Shown in pieces: positions 14,869 through 25,400 of a stretch of 64,000 nucleotides of DNA (positions are counted from its first letter, which is position 1; each line of letters starts with the position of its first letter). Source of the DNA: Botryllus schlosseri (Eukaryota); NCBI GenBank assembly GCA_051294905.1, contig CM119385.1, positions 13,454,001-13,518,000 of the forward strand, written 5' to 3'. The translations under genes and the position numbers were made by a program. Below the pieces are notes generated by a model that saw nothing but the letters and a program-made list of their open reading frames with translations, ran no database searches and was not told where the DNA came from.

Positions 14869-15810
14869 CAGTGTTGGGATCAAGTCACTACCTTCGAGTC
14901 ACGAGTCATCTCGAGTCATTGCACATTTTGACTCGAGTCAAGTCAAGTCAATCGATTTTCGAAGGTGACTCGAGTCAAGTCAAGTCACTCGTTTTTCGGA
15001 GGTGACTCGAGTCAAGTCGAGTCAAGTCAAGTCAAGTCACGAGTCAAGTCACAATTCAAGTCAAATTGAATTTTCGAAGCATGAGTCATGATTCCAAGTC
15101 ATTACATATTGCTCGCTGCGTGAAGGACATATAAATTGGTAATTTATCTTGAATCAAATAACGAATATAAAGTTAAATACATGCATAAAGGTGTTTTATC
15201 ACTCACGCACATGTAGATTGTAGAACTGCTAATAAAATATGTAACTGTATAGCTACATGCTACCGTCTGTTATATTATTATCCAAAATTGAGGATCGAAT
15301 ACGAAGCCTCGAGAAGTTGAAAGAAATTGATATCGTACAATACACTACCCACCCATCTATACATCCGTGAGAATATAAACGCATAAACTATGTTCATTCG
15401 ATTTAAGGTTGGTAAGGGTGAGCGCGGCGCAATGTAAGAAATAGAGATACGTTGCTATTAGATTAATCTACTACTACAACGACGTAAGTTATGATCATTT
15501 CGTTTGAGGTCAATTTATTTGTGATGTAACAATGAAGCAATCAGTAAATGAATGGTTGCTCTCGTAAGTGACACCGGCGTATCGCGAACAATCCGAACAT
15601 GCATAGATTTAATCGACACCGCTAACTTGATGACTTGAAATTGACTCGTGAATTTTGCTCCGAGTCACGAGTCAATCCACATTTATGAAGTGCCGAGTCA
15701 AGTCAAGTCAAGTCATTTTGGTAAAGTGACTCGAGTCAAGTCAAGTCATACGAAAAAGTTGACTCGAGTCTGACTCGAGTCAAGTCATGACTCGAGTCAT
15801 CCCAACACTG
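14869..15810. mobile_element. hAT-type MITE with GACTCGAGTC/CAAGT subterminal arrays
   Basis: TIR CAGTGTTGGGAT; exact TSD GTGATCAT. Confidence 0.9.
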
Positions 15811-18800
15811 GTGATCATACCGTCATTTATATACCTGTGACAAAATGTTCTGGTATAATGACAATTTAACATGGCCTATTCATTACTACTGTGGCTTATA
15901 TGGACATTGACTGTGATGGACAGATGAAATTTAAAATAGAAACTGATTCAAGGATAGTCTTGCTGCTCTGCTTATTCTGCCATTCACTCACCCGAGAAAT
16001 GTTCTTGGATACCGACGCTTTACCAAGGACACTTCATCGCTACTACCATCTCTATTACTTCTTATATATGACTTCGTGGATATCTTTTACTGCACCCATA
16101 TAGGCGCAACAAACACTACCACCAGAACGAGATATCTTTGACATGTCCAACTACATAGATAACACAGATATAAACACGAGATATTGGGCTGAAACAAATC
16201 CTGAATGTTACGATAATTATTCATTTAAAGCTCCATTCGTATAAAATACTACAAACCCAGTAGAAATCAAATATATTTAAACACAGGACGCTTTTCCATA
16301 AGCGCCTGTACTAAATCGTCCAGCTTACTACCCACAATGCATCTGCCCATGGTGATCACGCAAATTTGCTTAGCCGGAGATAGCAGTAGTTCGGGGCTTG
16401 GGTTTGACTACGTTGTTTGGTGGCGTAGCCAATATCACGGCCCACTTGATCAAAATGTTTCCCGACCCGTGATTTATAGATGCTTGATTTACTTAGTACG
16501 ATCGGGACGACCGATCTATACTCACGGGCACTGGGCGTTCATAAAAGCCCGGACAAACATTGTAGGAGATCGAATGTCCCTTCGAATCTGTGTCCTAAAC
16601 CGGGATTGCGACTTTACGAAACCTTAGCGGAGCCGAGAGATTTCTAAGTAGGTGGAAATTCATTTCGCGAGACGTGCGCTTATCCCATCATGATCAGACG
16701 ACCGCGAACAGGTGACGAAACATTTATTTGGTAATCATATTTGAACTTGGCTGCACTGCGTTTTATCGATCAAATACTGCGAGATTGAAATCTGAAATTG
16801 CCATCAAGCTCTCGTGCGACCATTGCATATGCATTGCATACAGGTGAGGCAGTCTTGATATGGACTTTATGCCGCGTATATTGTTGGTTTCTAGCAGCAG
16901 AAATTGACTGAAGGTCATGTGCAATGAGTTGTCTTTCTCACCAATGATTGCTAAACGGAATATGACTCTACGGCAGAAAACATGCCATAAAAATTTGCTC
17001 GCGTAGCGGGACGATTGGTACAAGATTTTGAAATTATTTGAAGCTCACTGCCGTGTTGTTTTAATCCCGTCAATTATCCATGCTCTCAAAACAGAGCTGC
17101 AATAATGTGTGTACACTGTACATGATAGTGTACACATTAGTCCAATTACTGCAATGTCGCAGTCACGGTGTAACACAGCTGGCAGATTCAGAGGCCCAGA
17201 GTCGTAAAGTCAGTAAGTCACCACTTCGTGACTGTAAGGTTAATTTGGCACATGTAAAAGTTTACTGCGCTTCGTTTTAATAGAGTATATGAATACGGAT
17301 ACTGTTCCGAGACCAGTATGAACACACCGAATATTGATAAAGTGAACTCCAATAGCGAAGTAAAGTTTCATGCACTCGCTATAATAATCGAATTCCGCTT
17401 AATTCTGGCGGAACATTTTACTGTTCATGGTAAACAAATATTGACTGGCTCTGGAGTGTGAATGTAAATTAGTCTATATAGTATTAAGATCTCCTCACAT
17501 AAAATTAACTTTGAACACATTGAATTTTACACTGGCAAGCTGATTTGCGTTTGTCTTCTTATCGCGTTTTTGAGAGATTTTTTCTGCGAATCATTCATTA
17601 ATGTCACACCCCCGACTTGACGCATTTTAATTAATCAACGTGGGGACTTCTTTTTGCTCATCTAGTCGTGTGATTTGCGGTTACAATATTGTGTAGTTAG
17701 CGATTATAATGTTGGCGTAATCAAATTCACGGTTAAATTACAGGTGTATTGCACAAACATGTTGAAACATGAGCGTTGAATGTACGGACAGTAGCAGAAA
17801 TTTAAAGACCTTAACATGAGCTGACGCATCCTATTATAGGCCTTTTTAAAATTGTCAATGTCATATAGACCTCTAGTATATAGGATTGTGTGCTCAACAA
17901 ATAGACTAAACGATGAGATCCATATGATTTTAATTTCTCAAAACAGACTCGATTCTTTTATATTTCCGAAACCGATTCTTAAATCGACGATCAGTTAATT
18001 CTTCCTAATTTTCTCCCGTGAATGATGGATATAATAGTCATAGTTAAACTGACATTAAATAATTAACAAGTTATCGCCAGGCGAAAGCATCACGATGCAA
18101 ACATGATCTATAGTCGATAATTTAGTAACCACATTTTGATTCTGTTTACAACGTCCCTTACTCCCGCACAGCGGGATGATTTAAAATTCGGCCTGATCGC
18201 ACGCACAAAGATATTCTGTTATATGCGCCCGCTTATGCGTGATACGAAAGTTCTTTCCGGAGTTTGCTAGTATGCGATTGCTCACCGATCATCAGTTTAC
18301 CGAATAATAGGGACTTTAAAATGACTCGGAAATTACAAAAAACCTCATGTTGTTGTTAAGCGACGCTGGTTGTTGTGTGATGAATACCGCGCGTGTCGGA
18401 AAATATATTGGCATACGGCGAAATAATGAATCAACAGCGCGCTACGATTCTCTCTCATTCTGGACGAGGGAACGCGGACGTTGCGTAACCATGCGATGTA
18501 TAAAACCGCGCCGGAGAGATGACCGGTTGATATAGATAGCTGGATGTTCGCGGACATTACGAGATTACCTATGTAATATTAGGTATGGAACTATAGACGA
18601 GATTACGCAGAGGTAGAGAGGACGCCACGGGAGCAAAATTAATTTAATTTTTCATGATAGCAAGGGGCATATTATCATGAAAGTTGATCGGTGAACAATG
18701 AACATGTTGAGAGCATTTTCGAGAAACATATTGAGACGCTTCTGTTTCGATGCAACAAAAGAGTTTGTTATAGTTCATTACAGTATATCGCAGCATTAAC

Positions 18801-19349
18801 ACCGGCTAAATGGGCTTAGCATGGCATTGTGACAAGTTCGAATATAGTTGCCCGCCGGAAATTGGCTTGAATCCCCGAATCAGAAGTGTCTTACTAACGA
18901 TCTGTGTCTTACAAATATACGGCCAACTATGCAATAGATTGACCTCGCTTGCCTACTTGAAAACTTCGCCAATTAACTTCACATCGCCTCGTAATTCCAG
19001 TGTTTAATTCGATTCAATATTATTTGTACTACTGAGAAAAGTGTCATACCTAACACGGAACAAGATGGAAAATGACAAAGGATCAATACCCTCAATGGAC
19101 AGGTAATGCTCCAAAGATTGAATCGAAAGGAAATTTCGAATAATATTTTCTTTCCTGTATGCCCCCTACCCAAATAACAGTCGGTGCTGGGTAAGCTATG
19201 TAAGTGATTCAAAGCGATTTCGGTCTGATGCGACAAACTGTTTCTGCTCCGGATGATCAATGATCAGATCATATATTCCTGATATATTACGAATTCATCT
19301 GGTATGTTGTAATGACAGCTTTAATAAATAAGCATGTCTTCATTTTCAG

Positions 19350-19435
19350 TGGAAATGCAAGCGATCCAATAGGGCCAGACGATCTGGAACACGAATATTC
19401 GGACGTATTCGAAAGACCGAAGGAGAGAGATACAG
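19350..19435 (+). CDS. SLC9B exon, N-terminal tail GNASDPIGPDDLEHEYSDVFERPKERDT
   Basis: ttttcag acceptor, gtgaag donor, open frame, phase-1 join to 19967. Confidence 0.55.
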
Positions 19436-22400
19436 GTGAAGTTGTTTGGATTCATTTCCCGTGCATATGACCTATATCTAGCAACTCACGATGTATATGG
19501 CTATAACGTGAGTGTGTTGGAATTTAGTTATATAAGTCATGTTTGAACGCATCATCAGGTGCAAGTGACTGATACGGGACGGTGCAATTGAAGAGCAAGG
19601 GAGTACCGGAACGTGCTGAATATTCAGTATTCAGTGATCACTGACGGTTATGATTGCTCAATGCTCAAGTTATACGTACAACGATTTCGCGATTACTAAC
19701 CACATTATATCTCAACGTGACGTAATCGGTTTCAGCATTAATATGCGCTGTGTTGCTTCGGTGTATAATATGGCAAGAATGATCTCCAATTGATGCCGCA
19801 AGGCCAGTGGTTAAGTAGCCTGTAGCCTGTTGAAAGCTACAAGTTACTTCTAAATGCCTGTAGCTTGTTTTTAATGCATAGCGTCAGCGGCCACGGGTCT
19901 TACACCCGACCCGAAAAATTCTGATACTTTGTTACTGATCTTTAACAAGTATTATGTGACAAACAGGAAACGACAGCGATTTGGATAAAAGCGCCGAGTA
20001 TTACCGCTACACCCAGCAAGCTATCGTCAACGTACACGAAAGCTTGAAAGATGGCAAGAAAGTCATTACCAATCCCGGGTGGCACTCAGATAAACCGGAT
20101 ATTCACCAAGTTCCAATCAATATGGACAGCGAACAATCCCGGGAAAGTGAGTACATGAACTTGAATAATCAACATGAATCGACACGATAAGCCTCGCAGA
20201 GCGTAACGTGCGCTCGAAAGTAGAACGCTATCCTCGGACTTGAAATGCCTACAAACACACCAACAAATACTTGAAGAATTGAACGAGATCAGAATTCATA
20301 TTGACATCAAGCAACCTATTGGTTTACTGCTGGGTTCACACGGGATGTGTTGTGTACGCAAACAATTGGTTGTATTGTATGCAAAATTTTTTGGTGTAGG
20401 TACTTCGGCAGAATGGCACAATTCTGACAATAATGAAGTCGATATCAAGGTGAGCTATAAATCCCCACAAAGAAACATATTTTCAATGAAATTTCCCGTT
20501 CAGCGTCGTGTTTTCGAAAACCGTACAAAAGAAGAATCACAGCACGGCTATGTTTAAACGGCTCGACACAACATCGCTTTGAAATTTAAATCCCCGTCCG
20601 GGTGATGATGCTTCCCGAGCAAATATATTTCCCGCGTGAGTCAAGCACGCGATTTGTGAATCGGGGTGAGCTGATCTGACGTCACGCGAGCCAAGCTGCA
20701 TCATCAATTAGTCACTGCCCCTTAAAATATAGCTCGTATGTAATACAGGTGTTAGAACAAATAAACATGATGATAAATATACAACACACATAAATTACTT
20801 AGTAAAATTTTCGGCACTTACGCAAATCCAAATCTTAATACTTCCGAAGTGTCATCGTTGCGGAGATAAAAATTTGCTTCACAACCGTACAGTCATGTAT
20901 GACGAAAAGGTCAATGGTGTAGCAGTAACGGAAAACCAGCTGTAATTTTATCAAATACCTTACCTTAATGTATTGAAATGCCAGTGTCTGGATGGTTCGA
21001 AAAATAACTATAAACCGACGTGCTATAAACGGAGATGGTCCACTTGATTCAAAATAGTTTGAAAATCTTGCATAGTAACTGTACGTCATTTGGTTGGACA
21101 AGCTATTTCATGAAGACTTACAATGCCAATAGTTGCACAACATTAAAGTCAAGCGAAACTACAGCGATGTAAATATTGCGAACAAACAGATTTTTGGCAT
21201 GGGGTCGGTAGCTTCAAAATATAAAGGCCTTTCCGGCCAATTTCCTACAAAAGATACTACTCGGTAACCGCAAACTCTGATTGATCCCAAAAGTGTTCAT
21301 AACAGCCCCATTTTTTGCCTAGCACTATATCATTCGTGAAATCAGAGACTAATATATACAGAGAAAAAGCGTACTCAAATATAATTTCAGGTGTGACGAA
21401 TTTAGGCTATATATGAAAAGTTGGCCAAACCATGTGCGTAATGTATCTGAATATAACAATATGCGGAAATGGAAAAGTGATGTCAATAAATTATTATCGT
21501 TGAAGAAACCGCGAATATTCATCATCAGTTCATATAGCACTATATGCGTAGCATATATACGTCACGGCAAATAATCACTAGCCAATGCTGTAACCACCAA
21601 AGCGCAGGTGACGAGTGGATCATTATTTTCGAGCCTCCTAATTATAAAACTGAATCATTAGTTCCATTATTGGGTATCGATTCTGAAAAGGAATTAATGC
21701 GTGATTATAGTCGCGGCCAAACGGAGATAAAAAAGGATATACGAAATTGCTGTGCAGAATGTGGGCCTATTCACAAATCGTATGATGCTTTGAAGTACAA
21801 CACGCAAGCGCGCTGCTAGGGGGTCAAAAAGAAATAATTTTGACAGTATCCTTGTAACGTTAAAATATGGACGGCATCATAACTCAATGTGACTTTTGTT
21901 GCAATTCGACAACATCATTACTATTAATATAATATCACATCATTTAATTTACGATCACATCTCTGATGCGTCTTATACTTATTGAAGGCTGATTTTGATT
22001 TATGTAAACTGCCACTATTAGTAGAGTGATTGAATGGTGGTATGTGAGCGACTGCGCGCGCATTTGTGCATAGATTTATTCATCACCCTGTCGCCCATGC
22101 CAGATCTGTTACGAATATGTCACACAGCAAGATTTGAAATGTAATAGTTATATTACCATTGATATACAATGCAGGCTTATTCGCTCATAACTGATGGCTA
22201 AATATTTTCCACAGAATTCGGATGGAGCGACGAATCATGTTGTCACAAATGCGGAGTGTTTTGGGGAAACCAATGCGGTTGTCCAACAGTCAAAACGCTG
22301 AGAATCGGTGGTATTCGCATTCTGGCGAGAGGTAAATTAGAATTTACCACGGCTGTTCTATGCACAGAAATTTTAATAGATGCTATTATTCTTCAGTGGT

Positions 22401-25400
22401 AATGGTGGTATTGGCTTGGGGATTCGTCTACTCAGTAACCTTCCCTTCGTGCGCAGTAGGTGATTCGGAAAGTGGCAACACGACCCATGATGAAGCCGAC
22501 TGCCAGATTCCAGGATTGCCGGGATCAAGTTTATTCGGTAGCTATATCGTCAACTTTGCTATCAGTATACTTATTAGTTATTGCGGAGTCATGAGTAAAC
22601 CTCTCGATTATTTATCAAAGGTATCTTGATGGTTTTTCTGTTCGGAATGATTGCTGAAGCGTTGATAGTGTTGATACCGATGCCAGCCAGCCTTCCTCCG
22701 CTGCCGCCTTTACTAGGTATGCAATATTTTTTGCCATCTGATAGCAGTGTACGAGAATCACGGTAGGAGCTTAAAATGTTGTTCTGTTATCCAATCAGAC
22801 CATGTGTGATGTGTAATGTGTTGTGATGCATTAATTGATATCTCAAATTTTTATTCAGGGAGTCTGCTTATTGGGATTTTGTTGAGGAACGTTCCTGGGC
22901 TCGATGTCGCTGCAGCAATCAGCCCTATCACCTCATCCCGCCTTCGAAACATGGCTTTGGGGATTATTCTAGGTCGGGCTGGCTTGGAAGTGGACAAAAA
23001 GGTAGTATAGTATAGAGATTATTATAAGCAGGATTGCAGTCGACAATTAACGGAATATCGTTCGTTACAGCAAATGTACAAGCTTCGCTGGGTTGTGCCG
23101 AGGCTTGCATTTCTGCCGTGTATCATCGAAGCTTGTTCTTACGGAGTATTTGCACACTATATACTTGGATTGCCGTGGCAATGGTCATTTTTACTCGGGT
23201 GGGTATTCTACAATCTACATGCACCATTTGTGACCTTTTGTTGTTTATGGTAATGCTGTAATTGTCATAAAATCAGTTGGATATATGAGTCTATTATTGT
23301 ATTTGAGAGATTGAGGAAATATTCATTGGTAAAAATCCTTATGTTCGACCGTGCATCAATATTACCAAGCGGCAAAATAGGAACCTATACACAGTTACAC
23401 ACAGCTGGCTTAGACAAAACCGGTGTTTTAGGGGTATTCTATATCATCAATATTTTTCATTCAGGTTCGTCTGCGGTGCAGTCGCCCCAGCATGCGTAGT
23501 TCCGTCGATGATAAAGTTCCAGGAAGAAGGCTATGGGGTACGTTTTGTCATTACACAACTCTTACGCACACATTATAGCCAAATGTTAAAACTCAAATAA
23601 ACTCCTTGTTACAGGTCGAACACGGGGTCCCTTCTTTGCTAATCGCCGGCGCTTCTATTGACGACATCGTGGCGATAAATGTCTTCAACATCCTGCTCCT
23701 GATAGCTTTACAAACCACAAATACCGGTAAAATTTCGCACTAAATCTATTTGGATCTGACATCCTCACCATTCATTGATTGGTACAGGTATTGGACATAG
23801 CATCGGTATTGCGGTATTGGAGGTAGTAGCTGGTCTAGCCGTCGGATTCATAGGCGGATTCTTCCTGCAAAAAGTACCGGATCGCCGACAGGTAAGCCCT
23901 CGCGTTTGCGGTAAGTCTTTATATTCCTTCCAAAAACAATATTGTATATTTTTGAACAGCATAATGTTGTCCGCGACCGGACATTTCTCCTCATAGCGTT
24001 GTCGTTTTTCTTCATTTTTATTTCGGACGGTCCCGTGGATCTGGCGGGGGCAGGTACTCTGGGGACATTGGTATGCTCATTTATTGCCGCGCTTGGATGG
24101 CCGCATAATCAAACAGTAAGTGATTGTAGACTAGTTGTCCGGGAAAACAAACATATTTGGCGATTAGTCTTCCCGTAGCCTTCGCTTGGAGTATATTTGG
24201 TTGTATTAAGTTTACCAAGGAAAACATACTGGGCATTAATTTAAAAACGTAATATCGAATAATCTAGAAACTAGCGATGGATTTCCCAATGAATGAGCAA
24301 TGACTATTGATCAATCGTCAACAATAGGTCATTTATGCTTTGTCAAATGGCCTTTCACATTGCTCGAATCCTGTGTATTCCTGGCTTAACACGCTGAACG
24401 CACATACAATTAGTAGTGATGATAACTGAAATCTAAAAAGCCAATTGCGATATCTCTGTGTGGGTCGATGGAGTAGATAGACAATCAGCAACAAAATCCA
24501 TTTGCAGTATTTCGGGAAGATTGTTATGTGATTACGAACATCAGTTTATTAATGATTTCATCTGATCAGAAGAGAACCCCTTTCTTTTTACTGACGATGG
24601 TGACTTTCGATCATCGTGTTGCAGCCTGATAAACAAATTGTTTTTCGTACACAGGAAGCGGTCGCTCATCATTTCAAGGCCATTTGGTTTTTCTTTCAAC
24701 CACTGCTTTTCGGACTCACCGGCGCAACGGTAGATCTGTCGCTCATGGACGCAGAAACAGTTGGTGAGTGACGTCATAATCCCGTGTCAGTTGGTGTGCA
24801 TCCAATTTTGTGTATCGCTGGCCACTGCACCTGTTGCTGAATCACTTTGTTTTATACGATTTACTGACTGCAAATCACCGCATTTGAATATTCGATGTCG
24901 AAAATATTTGAAAAGCTGTGACGTTAATATGTTGAACGATCTGTACTTTGCCCGACACAAATACATTAAATACAATGTTGAATGTTTAGGGAAAGCCCTC
25001 GCCTGTATGACTATATGTCTGGCCATACGTCTTACCGTGGCCGGGAACGCAGTCTCGTTTTTAGGATGGAGTCACAAGGAAAAATTAATGACCGCGATAT
25101 CGTGGATCCCGAAAGCCACTGTTCAGGTAAGGATTCAACTTTGTGGTCGAAAACTCTGTAGTATTCTCAACCGAACCACCACAGCCGGTGTTGAGTCCGC
25201 CAATCAAATGCTGAACAATAAGTTATTCACAGGCCGCAATCGGTGGGGTGGCGATGAGCAAAGTGGAGCTGAAATGCGGAGAAATTTTACAGTGGAACGA
25301 GTGTCCTAATTACGATGCTGTCGGTATGAAAAAAGTATAATACGGACGTGATAGTTGCTAGTTGTTGTAGTTGTCCTACATTGGTTAACTCTGGAGTCAG

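Noticed and set aside
14880-15090. Regular GACTCGAGTC/CAAGT repeats resembling a CRISPR-like array
   Set aside because: No unique spacers of constant length; the repeats are subterminal motifs inside a TIR/TSD-bounded MITE in a eukaryotic genome.
15988-16085. Minus-strand ...VKRRYPRTFLG-stop resembling an amidated neuropeptide
   Set aside because: No start, signal peptide or good acceptor; such short motifs are expected by chance in six frames of 64 kb.
19981-20190. Initially read as the last exon of a separate receptor with an ITIM-like SEYMNL tail
   Set aside because: A consensus GTGAGT donor at 20147 is in phase with the NHA exon at 22215, which places YMNL in the intron. Kept only as a minor alternative.
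21544-21607. Possible alternative first exon of the NHA (MRSIYTS...QSA, phase-1 donor)
   Set aside because: Phase-compatible but with no homology and a weaker case than the 19967-20146 exon; cannot be supported without transcripts.
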